From: Vicugna vicugna
Lineage: Eukaryota
Assembly (NCBI GenBank): GCA_013265495.1
Contig: MU058432.1
Coordinates: 13,985 to 77,984 of the forward strand
Direction of reading: 5' to 3'
Length of the DNA stretch: 64,000 bases
Below are positions 1 through 11,600 of this stretch, piece by piece (within the stretch, counting starts at the first letter, position 1; each line of letters starts with the position of its first letter). A model generated the notes under the pieces. It was not told the origin of the DNA and did not search any database. It saw only the letters and a program-made list of their open reading frames with translations. Made by a program: the position numbers and the translations under genes.

Positions 1-340
1 CCACGGGCAAGGCTGGTCCTGCCTGTGGCCACGCTGGCTCCTGGACGCAGCACTGCTGAGGGCCCCCAGCCTCTTTCCCTCCCTCCCGTGTTGCTTTCCT
101 GGGCAGCAATGGGCAAGGGGTCTGCAAGCCATGGGGTTGTCCCAGCCCCTGGGGAGCCCCACTCTGGGTTAACTGTGGATTCAGATGATCACAGCCCCGG
201 CTCCCTCTTCCCTTCTGGCACCCATCGGGAGATGGCAACAGCCCTTTCCAGCTAAGGAAGGCTGAGAGGACCTCAGGACACAGGGAGGGGACAGTGCCCC
301 CTGTGGGCTTGTGGGGACAGCCTGCACCTGCCCTTTCCAG

Positions 341-1225
341 GAGGACACCATCTCCATCAACCACAACTGGGTCAACGGCTGTAACCTGGCCAACATGTGG
401 CACTTCCTGCAGCAGGAGCTCTGGGCGGTGCAGCGGGAGATCATCGAGTGGAGGGACACCATGCCCGACTGGCACCACCACTGCCAGGTGGGACGGCTGG
501 TCTGAGCAGGAGCAGGGCGCACGGGGAGGCTCACCGGGGCTACAGTGGGAGGACGGGTATGGGCCTCACCAGGGCCAAGGCCTCAGCGGGGGGAGGGTGA
601 GGAGGAGCCCCCAGGACAGCCTGCGGTCCCACGGGAGGGTGTGGTCTCCTAGGGCCAGAGCTGCAGTCTTTGGGAGGGTGGGGGGTGGCCACCGGACCTA
701 CCTCTATGAGCGAGAGTCTGGGACCGAGGCAGGTCACTGGGCCTTCCAGACTCTAGGACTCAGACGCGCTTGATGGCTGGCTGGCCCCTGGGTGTCTGCC
801 TCCATCCTGAGGGCTAGGCCGTGCCCAGGGCCCTTCATAGCCTAAATTCTGTACAAGGTGGGCAAGAGCTTGCCCAGAGCCTTGCGTGAGTGGCGGCTCA
901 CTGGCTGCTCTTTCTGACCCAGGTCATGATGAAGTCGTGCTCCGGCATCAATTTCGAGGACTTTTATCACTTCCTGAAGGTCATCGCTGAAAAGAGGCTG
1001 CGCTTCCTGGCTGAGGGCGTGGACCCTGGCCAGGTGGAGGGTAGCAAGGGCTGTGGGCTGGGCCCCCAGCAGGCCGCTTTTGACATCGGCCGCATAGCTG
1101 AGGTGCTGGAGTGTGTGGTGGCCCACCGTGACTTCCAGAGAGTGGACACCAGTGCATTCTCACCACAGCCAGAGGAGCTCCTGCAGCAGCTGGAGGAAGT
1201 CGTGGCCGCCACCGTGTCCCTTTAG
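341..1225 (+). CDS. JMJD4: JMJD4 (JmjC-domain hydroxylase), last two coding exons 341-487 and 923-1225; 5' part lies upstream of the window
   Basis: Exon 341-487 (ccag|GAG...CAG|gtgg) encodes EDTISINHNWVNGCNLANMWHFLQQEL...HHHCQ. Exon 923-1225 (ccag|GTC) encodes VMMKSCSGINFEDFYHFLKVIAEKRL...TVSL*. Both match the recalled JMJD4 C-terminus and the phases are consistent. Confidence 0.95.
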
Positions 1226-1318
1226 TGCCCGTCGTGAGAACTGACTGCAACATGTCATGAGGGATGCTGGAGGCACCAGTGTGGAAGGCATTCACCCTGC
1301 TCCAGAGTCCCTTCTAGC

Positions 1319-1324
1319 AATAAA
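1319..1324 (+). terminator. Candidate JMJD4 polyadenylation signal AATAAA
   Basis: AATAAA about 95 nt after the stop codon. Confidence 0.65.
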
Positions 1325-2444
1325 GCTCTGTCCTGTGTGGCCCAGGACATGTCACCTCTCCACTAAAACTTGTCACCTCAGTGTCTCAGGCACAGTGTCT
1401 GCTTTTAGGGGTCTAATATGTCCTGTCTGTCGGTATTCCTGGGACCTTGATGCTTGTCCAGAGGGTCCAGAGGGTCCAGGTTCCTTGTGAGGCCCAGCCA
1501 GGACTGGGCACTCTGGATCCATTGAGAGGGTGGGTGAGGAAGCGTTGGTCACTTGGACCCACAGCGAGGAGGCTGGGAATGTGCTGGGGATTTCGAAGCG
1601 GGGGTGGCATGTGGCTGGGTTTTCTTGGTTCCCCACCCCCAAGCTGATAGGCCTCCCATCCTTAGCACTGCAGGGCAGCTGGCTTGTCTCGCAGGGCCCC
1701 CATTACAGGGATGCCCTATTACCGCATCCCTGCCTAAGTCCCACTAGAGCAAGCCCCCCAGGGTGGGGGGAGACACTCGGGCCCAGGGCAGCCCCAGGAC
1801 CCAAGGCCTGTGTCTCTATCCAACACTAGACAGTATTTACATAGAGCCCGCCCTCCCTCCACGGGCCAGTGCCTCCCTCCTCCCCGACAGGATCCTGAGC
1901 CAGAGATGTCTCTTGGCCAGGGCTCTAGGCAGATCTCACGCGCTGTCCAGCGTGCAGGCCCCCCAGGTGTCACAGGTACATCATTCACACATTCACACTG
2001 CCATCTGGGCCTTGTTGGCAGCAAGTAAGCAAGACAAAGCACCAGTGAGCTCATCGCCCTCGCGCTCTCTGCAGCACCACCTTCCCCCTCTGGAGACCCA
2101 AGCCCGCCCTTGAAGCTGCGTGCGCAGTGAGGGAGAGGGTCTTGGTCCCGTCCCGCAGGCCAGGCGGGACCCGAAAGGCCGGCTGGAACCTGGGCCTCTT
2201 CCACACCTCGTACACCTGTTCTGCGCCATCCAGCATCTACTCCTTGCACACCCCTTATTCACCATTTAACAAGGAGTCATTTGTGCACTTACTCTGCCCC
2301 ATCCAACTTCCAAACCTTGCTTCTCACCCCTGTGCCAAACAAAACTCAATCACTGCAGACTGTTCTAGCTTTTAAACTCTGCACACTTGTGTGGGCCATC
2401 CAGTTTCCACATAGGTCTTGCACACCTATGTGCTACTCAGTCAT

Positions 2445-2835
2445 CACAGTTTCAGGGTTCTCCAGAGAAATGGAACCAATAGAATATGTGTATGTAGAGA
2501 GAGAGGGAGAGAGGTGTCGGGGGATGACGAGTGTGAAGTCTGCAGGGCAGGCTGGAGACCCAGGGCAGAGCAGACATTGCAGTCTTGAGGCTGAAGGCTG
2601 GACACTCAGGTGGGGTTTCTGGGTTGCAGCCTGAAGGCAGAATCACTTCTTTGGGGAACCTAGGTCCCTTGCTCTTAAGACCTTCAACTTACTGGATGAG
2701 GCCCACCCACACTGTGCTGAATTAAATATCAGTCACATATAAAAGATGCCTTCACAGCAACGTCCAGACTGGCATTTAGCCAAACAACCTGGCACCATGG
2801 CCTGGCCACACAGGCACATCAGATGGAACATTGCG
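2445..2835. mobile_element. ERVL LTR, MLT2-like
   Basis: Begins cagggttctccagagaaatggaaccaataga...gagagaga, with internal gaccttcaacttactggatgaggcccaccca and cttcacagcaacgtccagactgg; these resemble the recalled MLT2 consensus. Confidence 0.7.
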
Positions 2836-3402
2836 GTTGCCCCCTGCAGAGTCAGTGGTCCGTCTGCTTCAGCCAGTGCCCACTTCCCACAGGCCCGCTC
2901 TGACGTTCAGCGACGTCTGCCTGCACACGCGCTGTGTAGTTCAAAAGCCAGTGTCTGGCATTTCCAGTTGACCTCACACTTTGCACACCTATTTGCCATT
3001 CAGAGTCACTGTTTACACACTCCACGTGCAGTTCAACAACAAGTCTAATGCGTGTGCACCCTGATTTCGCTCCAGCACACTCCTGCAGCATTTAACAATT
3101 GCTTCTCCCATGCTCGCCATCAGGCTTTCTATTCTCACAACCCACTGTGTGCTATTCAGCAATGTCTTGTTGCACACTCACTGCAAGAGGCACTTTGAAC
3201 ACTCACTGAGGCCAGGTTATCAACCATTCTTCACTATTCTGCTCCTTCTGGCTTCTCCTGCATCCCACTGTGTACCATTTGAGAGTCAATGCTTGCACAC
3301 TTGCTGCAAAACAACCACTCTTTGCCCGTTTGTGCTGATTTATCAATCTTTCCTTGCACATTAATTCTGCAGAATCCAAATTCCACTAAGCCATCAATAA
3401 CC

Positions 3403-3730
3403 CAACATGGATGCTCCTAGAGAATGTCATTCTAAGTGAAGTAAGCCAGAAAGAGAAAGAAAAATACCATATGAGATCGCTCATATGTGGAATCTAAAAA
3501 ACAAAAACAAACAAACAAACAAAAACAAAGCATAAATACAGGACAGAAATAGACTCATGGACAGAGAATACAGACTTGTGGTTACGGGGGGGAGGGGGTG
3601 GGAAGGGATAGACTGGGATTTCAAAATTGTAGAATAGATAAACAAGATTACAATGTATAGCACAGGGAAATATACACAAAATGTTATGATAAAAAAATAA
3701 ATAAAACTAAAGCAAATAGAAAAAAAAATA
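3403..3730 (+). mobile_element. LINE-1 3' fragment (ORF2 end plus 3'UTR, A-rich tail)
   Basis: caacatggatg...ctaagtgaagtaagccagaaagagaaagaaaaataccata is a typical L1 3' region; nearly the same sequence occurs at about 45195-45280. Confidence 0.85.
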
Positions 3731-6004
3731 ATCAACTCCATTACAATCTCTCTGTGTGGTTCAACAATCATTTGCTCCATTTTGCTCTTTTCTGTGTCTG
3801 CTTCTTGCACACCCACTTGCATTCAACAACATCCTTGCACAATCACTTGGGGCCTGGCAGAGGTGAGCCTTGCTGTGTGTCTGAGTGACACCTATAGCCA
3901 TTGAGGAGGAAAGGGTAACTCAGAGTTGCCCCACCATTTGTCTATCTCTTGCTCTTACAGGCTGTGTATTCTGACAGGGTGCAGACTGAAGGCTGTGTAA
4001 GGTCCTGGGACCTCCTGCTGTGCCTGGTGTTAACCCTTTAGCTTTCAGTCCTGGGAGAAGCCCCAGGAGGGCGCTTGGGTGAGCTCAGGGCAGTGTGTGT
4101 TTCCCACCTGGGTGTCTGATGGGGAGAGACGTGTCTGTGCTGCCCACGTATCGCTGGTCCTGGCAGTACACCCCCTCCCCGTCCATCAGGCTGCATCTTT
4201 CCCCTCCCTGCAGGAAGGATTTACATCCCTGTGACGTAACCAAAGGACGTTCACCGGGCCCCACCCAGCCAGAGGGGGGTGGCCAGGGTGTACCCGACGG
4301 GGGACAGGCGGCATCTAGGGCATGTCTGGGTTAAAATGATTGCACAGGGCATGGCAGGGATTCGGGAAATCCCTGTACACAGGCAGCAGGGACACTTACA
4401 GAATGACACCTGGCTGTAGCCCTAAACTCTGCATCACAGATCTTTCCCCTGGATTTAAAAAAAAAAAACAAACAGGAAAAGGAATTCTGAGGTCAGAGGA
4501 GTATTCAAGTTCAGGCTAAGTGCTGACCTTGGGAGAAGGGGGACGATGATGGAAAGCCCTGTCTGCCCTCAGCCTGGTTGCCAGTAACCTTACTCTGGCT
4601 TGTTCCTTTCCGCGTTGTGTGTTTTTGTCTTGTATGCATTTCCCCGACTTGGGCTTGTGGAATTGCAGAGTTTGAGCTGCAGTTTTCCCAACTGGTGGTC
4701 AAAGGACACCTCAGCAGGAGAAGTAGAAAGCTGCTCTTCCTCTGAAGTGTAGAAAGGCAGCCATTGTCTGGGGGCGGGAAACAGCCCGGGCAAGGGTCAC
4801 TTTTAAAGATGCTCAAATTTCAGCAGCTGTTGCTGTGCCTGTGCAAGTGCCTTCAACCTCCGAATCCCCTGGGTTCTGAGGGGCTGCCTCAGCTCCTCGT
4901 CCAGCTTAATGACACTGAAATAAAAGTTTCTGTGGAAGGTGGACGTGGGCACGTCCTTCAGAGAAGGCTGGCCTTTCTCACTTCTGCACACAATAAACTA
5001 ATGACCCTGCAAGACACTGAATGAGGACTGAGCGTGTCCATCTCATTTTAAACACAAGAAATGAAAGAACACAAAACCGCATCTCCCAGGCTGTAGCGAA
5101 AGTGGGATTTTGATATAACATTCAAGTGCAAGTTTTGCTGTTTACAATAATAGTAAACTTTTTTTTAACCTTGTATCCAAAAAATCAATCACCCTCTCAC
5201 CTCCTCTGAAATCTCCCCTTCCCACTGGCCCCACCTCCTGTGGTCTCACGAAGTCCTTGATGCCTGGCACTTACGGTGCCACCAGGTAACCTCAGTGGGA
5301 CCCGGCTGCCCCTCCTCACCTGGTGAAGAGCAAGGTATGTGGGGGGGCCTCGCCTTTACGGGGGGGGCAGTGCAGGGTGGGAGGTAGGTAAGACTCTGAC
5401 TCGCAGCTGGCCTTGAGCATGGCGTCTCTGAGATCCCATCTAGCCTGAGAAAGGCTGGAGCGGTAGGAGACAGGGCCAGGACCCCTAGGAGGGTCACGGG
5501 CAGGTGCTGTTACGACATAAGGGAGCTGCCGCTGTCAGACCCAGTGGCTGAGTGGGTGCCCTAGGCTGCCTGTGGGCCCAGATGGCGACGACCAGCACCT
5601 GTGAAGGAATGAAGGAAGTGTACGGGGGCAGCACCTGGCAGCAGGCAGGGCAGTACGACCACTGGCAGTGCTCCTGAGCTAAGGTTAGCTAGTCCTCTGG
5701 GTCCCAGAGAGCAGAAGGCATCCAAGGCAGCAAAGTGGTCCACAGGAGTCCGGGGCAGCCTGTCCACTGTCAGGAATCGTGCCCGGCCAGAAGGGAGGGT
5801 CAGTGAGCCAAGCCCGGAGGTGGTCTGGGCTGGCAGGTTGGGAGCGAGGTGCCTGGCGAGCCCGGGCCACTCACCACGGAGAGGGGGCTCCTGAGGCTGG
5901 CTATTGCTAGGAGTTAGTTAGAAGGTACCCTTTGTGAAAAAGAGCAAAGTAAACCTAAAAAATAAACGTTAGAGAAGAACATAACAGAGATACCAGAGCT
6001 GGCT

Positions 6005-7698
6005 CTACCTCACATGACGCGCTGGCTCTGACCCTGGAACTGGAGCTGGGTCTGGATCTGGACATGATGTGAGGACCGGTGCTGAAGTCGGCTCTGGCTC
6101 AGAAGCAGGTGCTGGGGGGCTCCAGCTGCGGCTGGCACTGAAGCAGCTTGAGCTCGAGGTGCAGCTGGATCTGATGGTGGAGCTGCTGCTGTCGCTGGTC
6201 ACGGACCTGGCGCAGGGCTCCAAGAGGTCTCTAGCTCTGGGATGGCTGTGTCTCTGCTCTCCGAATCGGTTCCGGGTGTAAAGCGTGCAGTAGCTCTAGC
6301 TCTGGGGCTGGTGCTGGGGCTGGAGTCGGCGCTTCAGCTGGTTCCAGTTCTGGAACTGACACTGGCCGTAACTCCAGCTCATGCCGGAGCTGGCTCTGGT
6401 TCTGAGCTGGGGCAGAAGTTGACGCTGGTGTGCACTCTGGCTCATGACTTAGCGCTAGAGCTGGAGCTGCTATGGCTCAGAACTTAGTGTGGATCCTACG
6501 CCTGTAATTACCTTGGGAGATGGTTCTAGATCTGCAGCTGATGCTAGAGCAGTTGCCGCAGCAGACACAGGAGTTGATAATACAGCAGTCCCTGTCCTGG
6601 AGCTGGTGCCAGAGCTGGTGGTGGAGCCATCTAGAGCTCAGGGGCGGTGGTGGCCCCGACTCCGGAAGCAGCCCTGGCGGTGTTACCAGTGCTAGCTCTA
6701 ACTCGGGGGGGCTGGTATGAGAGCGGGTGCTGAAGTTGCTTCTAGTTCTGGATCTGGCCCTGGATCCAGCCCTGCAGGTGGTGCTCCCTCCAGCTCTGGC
6801 AAAGATGCTAGAGACGGCACTAGCTCCAGAGGGAGTTCTAGAGCTGGTCCTGGAGCTGGCTGGCCTCAGATGTGACTCTGAAGGGAAATTGTTACCGGAG
6901 CTGCCCTTGGCTCTTTTCTGGACCTGGCAATGAGGCCGGCTGTAACACTGGAGGTGGTGTGGAGCTAGCATTTAGTTTTAGGATTTGTACTGGAGCTGGG
7001 CCAGCTCTGGAGTTGGCCCTGGAGCTTGCTCTGTGCTGGGAGCTGGTGCTGGCTTGGGATGTGGCTGTAGCTCTGGAGCCAGATGGCCCTTGAGCTGGTT
7101 CTAGCTCTGGAGCTGGTGCTGGAGCTGATGTGATGTGAGCACAGAGCTGAGCTAGAGCTGACTGGAACTCTGGGGCAGGTACTGCCCCCAAATCTGGAAG
7201 TTGCACTGGAAGCAGAACCAGAAGTGGCTTCGGCTTGGGCACTGGTGCTGGAGTGGGTGCGAGCACTGGCCGTGCAGCTGACCTGCCCTAGAGCGGGCAT
7301 TGCAACTGCCCCTGGAGCTGTCTAACAACACGGCTACCTATCAGTGCCACTGCAAAAATGTAAAAGACCCCAATTGCTGTTAAGGGAAGCTCAAGGCCAA
7401 GGTCCACATCCCAGGAAGGGTTTACAAGCTGAAGTGCACCGGAGGAGTGAGCTGGGACTGCTCTCTGCTCGTCTCTGTGGCCCAGCAGCATCCCTCTTGA
7501 CAGCAGCCCCTCCCAGCCCTCCTGACCCTCTGGCTTGGACTCTGGGCTCCAGAGCTCCAACTGCGTGGTGCTCCAGATCCAAGTGAGGCGTGTTGAACTG
7601 TGCGTAGTCCATCAGCCTCTTGGGAAGAGAAGTATGGGAGCTGACAGAAACCCTCTGGTGACTAGTCCAGACTGGGGCCCAGGATTGATGATAAGGCA
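6005..7698 (-). pseudogene. RALGDS-like (Ral GDS-like/RGL family) decayed pseudogene fragment: REM-domain exon 7698-7527 plus expanded Ala/Pro/Glu/Leu linker exon ~7320-6005
   Basis: Minus strand after the acceptor cccccag| reads ALSSILGPSLD*SPEGFCQLPYF/(frameshift)KRLMDYAQFNTPHLDLEHHA...ESKPE|gtcag. This aligns with recalled RALGDS AISSILGTWLDQYSEDFCQPPDFPCLKQLVAYVQLNMPGSDLERRA...EAEPE. It is followed by APAPAPELEPA-type repeats in shifting frames, and there is an in-frame TAG at 7662-7664. Confidence 0.8.
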
Positions 7699-8414
7699 CT
7701 GGGGGAAGGCAGGAGGGCAGCAGAGTTAGAGGAACCCCCAGGCAGAGGTCTCCGAAGCAGCACCCACACAAACCCCTTACCCCAAACAGTCCACGCTGGG
7801 AGGTCCAGCCCTTCCATTGAGGAGGGAGAGCCCTCCTCCTGAGGCAGGAAACGGAAACAGATGCCCACTTTCCTTCCCTGCCTCACACACCCCTCCCTAG
7901 CCTAGCAAGTTACTCTTGAGGAGAGCCAAGATGGGACCTGGAGGGCTACTGTCTACCTTCAGGATCAGGGCCTGACTCCCAGCTCGCCTCTGCAAAGGCC
8001 ACCAGCTCAGCTGGAAGGGTCTGCCCTTTCCCAGAGCCCACTTCTGTCCCCTGTTCCATTCAGGGGTTTGGGATCCCCTGGGTCCCAACAGACCCTGCCA
8101 GCTTTCAGCACGGACAAGAGGAAGCATGGATGTTGAGAGGAGAATCACCCAAGCACCCCCTTCCAGGCAACGCACGGACTCTGCCCCCACTCCCGCAGCC
8201 CCAGCCTTTCAGGCCACCAAACTCACTGTGCTAGGCCCAGCCACTGCCCCGTGAGCAGCTGTGACATGGGGCCTGAGCGAGCAGTCAGCGAGAACCGCTG
8301 CCCAGCAGCACTGGCACCATCACAGACCTCCACTCCTGGCTTTCAGGTCACATGACCCCTCCTTGGGGAAGCCTTCTCTGACCCCTTCACCCCTCTCCCC
8401 AGACAGATATGGCC

Positions 8415-8560
8415 CACCTGAGTGGCACTAGACTTAACAACTTGCTTCTAACAGCAAGTACTGCAAAAGTGATGGATATCACTTCCCAGATGCAGTTATA
8501 AGAAGTCTGTGGTTTCCATCTCGTTCACTCGCTCCTGTGTACCCAACCCCCCGTCTCTTA
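8415..8560. mobile_element. MaLR (MLT1-like) LTR fragment
   Basis: acttgcttctaacagcaagtactgcaaaagtgatggatatcacttccc resembles the MLT1 internal motif. Confidence 0.5.
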
Positions 8561-8684
8561 ATGTCTCAATTTCTCTGTCTCTCAATCTATCTCTGTCTCT
8601 GTTTCTCTTCCCTCCATCCCTCTCTGTCCACACATTTCTTTAATAGAAATGGCAGCCCAGAGCCTAAGGGAATGTAACTGCTGC

Positions 8685-11600
8685 CTTGGACAGCCAGCCA
8701 GTCAACCCAGCAGGTAGGCATCCTAGGCGAAGTTCAGGATGCCTGGGATTGACAAATGGTTGGCCTGGCAGCTAGGCTCTCAAGGCCAAGTTCAGAACAC
8801 AGGATGGACAGCTAGTTGACCAGCAGCTTGTCATGTGAGGCAAAATTTGGGATGCACAAGACCCCTTATATGAAGAGCTAGTCAGCTTGACAGCACAGCA
8901 CCCAATGTCAAGCCCGGGATACCCAGGATGCCCAGGACAGACAGGTGGCTGGCCCGGCAGCCTGGTGCCTGAGGGAAAGTTCAGGACACATGGGATGGCA
9001 GGAATGAACAGCTTTTCCCAACAGCCTTGCACTGAGGCCAAAACTGGGACATGTGGGACAGACAGCTATTTGACCCAGCAGCCTGGTGCCCAAAACCACA
9101 TTTGGAATGCCCCAGACAGAGAGCTCTTTGATTCAGTAATCTGGGGCCAGAGACCAAGTCTGGGACGCCCTGAGCAGACAACTGGTCGCACTGGCAGCCC
9201 AGTGCTGAAATAAATCTGAGTCAACTAGTTAGAACTGCTGGTCCAACAATTGCTTCTGGGACAGAAGCCTGATGCCCAAGGCAAACCTAGGTGCCTAGGA
9301 TGGACAGCTAGTCAACCTGGCTGCCCAGTGCTTGAGGACACTTTGGAGATGCAAGGGATACTCAAGACAGATTGGTGGTTGACCCAGCAGCCTGACACTC
9401 AAGGCCAACACCAGGACATTCAGAATGCCCAGGATGCACAGTTAGTTAACCCAGCCATTGAGGGCCTGATGCACAAAACACCCAGGATTGACAGCTGTCA
9501 CCAGGCAGTACAGGCCCTGAGGCCAAGTCCGAGATCCCTGAGACAAACAGCTGGTCAACCCAGCAGCCTGTCACCTGAGGCCAAGTGTGGAATGTCCAGG
9601 GTGCCCAAGATAAAAACCTGATCATCCAGGAGCTTGGAACTAAGGCTGACACTGGGAATGCCTGAGACAGACGACTGCTTGACCTGACAGCCCATCACCA
9701 AGGGCTATGTCCAGGACAGCTGGGATGAACAGTTGGTCTCTCAGCAACCCAGTGCCTGAGGCCAATCTGGGATGCCCTGGATGGACAGCTAGCTAATGAA
9801 CCCAGTAGCCCAGCACCCGAGGCCAAGTTTGTGATTCCTGGGATGGACATCTTATGAACCTTGCAGCCTGGTGCCAAAGACCAACTTTTGATGCATGGGA
9901 TACCTGGGATGAACAGCTGGTCTGTGCAGCAGTCTGGCCGTCAAAACAAACCTGGGATGCCCCCCCACAAATGACTGGACAGCCCAGTGATCAATGATAT
10001 GTTCAGGATGTTTGGGATGCCTGGGACAGACAGCTGGTCAATCTGGTAGCCCAGTGCTGAGGCCAAGACTAGAACATTCTGATGAACAGCTGGTTGACCC
10101 AGTAGACTCCAGCACCCAAGGCCAAGTCCAGAATGCCCAAGAAACCCCAAACAAACAACTGACTGACTTGGCAGCCCAGTGCCTGAGGCCAAATCTTGGA
10201 TGCTCAGGAGCCCAAATCAGACTGCTGGTCACCAGGAAACCTATAACCCAAGGCCAAGTCCTGGGTGCTTGGGATGCCCAGGATGGATAATTAGTCAACC
10301 CAGCAGCATAGTACTCAAGGCCAAGTCCGGGAAAACGTACAAACAACGATTGACCGAGCAGCGTGCAACCCTAGGATGAGACTGCGATCCTCTGGGTGGA
10401 CAGCTGGTTGACATAATTGTCTGAAGTCCAAGGACAAGTCTGGGACGCCCAGGAAGCTCAGGATGAACAGCCAGTCTATTTGGCAGCCTGGGAACTGTGG
10501 CCAAGTCAGGGTTACACAGAATAAACAGCTGGTAGGCCCTGTGGCCTGCACCTGAGGTAAAGTTCAGAAGGCCCAGGATGGACAACTGGTTGACTTGGTA
10601 GTTCAGAGCTCCAGACCAAGTGTGGCACACCTGAAATAAAATACTGGTTGACATGACAGCCTGAATCCAGAGGCCAAGTTTGAGATGCCCATGACAGACA
10701 GCTAGACAGCCCAGTATCCTAGTGCCCAAGGCCAATTCCTGGATGCCCAAATGGACACGTATTCACCCTGGCAACCCAACACCCGAGGTCAAGTTTACAA
10801 TGCCTGAGATGAGCAGTTGGTTGAACCAGCAACCTCGTGTGGGAGACCAATTCTACCTAACAGCTCAGCACCCAAGACAAAATCTGGCACACCAGGGACT
10901 CCCAGAACAGGTAACTGGTCATCCCAGCAGCCTGGCACCTGAGGCTGAGTTGAGATGCCCAGACAAACAGCTGGTTGAGCTAGCCTCTTGGTACCCAAAG
11001 GCAAATTTGGATTCCCCATACGGACAGCTAGCTGAACTAGCAGCCTGGGGCCCAAGACGAAGTCTGAAACACCTAGAACAAATGGCTGGTCAACATGGCA
11101 GCCTGGCATCCTGGTCAAGTTTGGGATCCATGAGACACCTGGGGAAAACAGCTTATTGACTCAGCAGCCTGGTGCCAATGCCAAAGCAGGGACCCTCAGA
11201 ACAGATGACTGGCAAACCTAGTAGCCCAGTGCCTGAGTCCAAGTCCTAAATTCCCTGAATGAATAGTTGATCCACCTGTCATCCTAATGCCTGATACCAA
11301 TTCATGACACCTGGGACAGAAAAATGGTCTACTTAACAGCCAGGTGCCCAAGGAGAGTTTTGAATGTGCAGGACACACATCTGGTTGATTGGCAGCCCCA
11401 TGCCCAGGGCCAAGTCCAAGATATCCAGATTGCCTGGGATGAACAGTTGTTTTATTCAGCAGCCTGGTACCTGAGGCAAGTTCAGGACACGTGGGATGGC
11501 AGCTGGTTTGGCCTAAAGGATGCTTGTCATATTTGAATGATGCCAAATATAGCAAGCCCAGGACAAACCACTGGTCTACAAGGCAGCTCAATTCAGAAGC

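Larger units (their letters stand above)
2240..3850. repeat. Old degenerate ~30-35 bp tandem-like repeat (core CTTGCACAC-Y-CACT...CATTCAAC), interrupted by an MLT2-like LTR and an L1 fragment
   Basis: Recurring ttgcacac/ctgcacac motifs followed by cact...attca at about 2243, 2380, 2417, 2921, 2981, 3169, 3293, 3353, 3805 and 3835. Confidence 0.5.

Noticed and set aside
4030..4336. TTAA-CCC ... GGG-TTAA, resembling piggyBac ends
   Set aside because: Inverted similarity does not extend beyond CCC and there is no transposase remnant; likely chance
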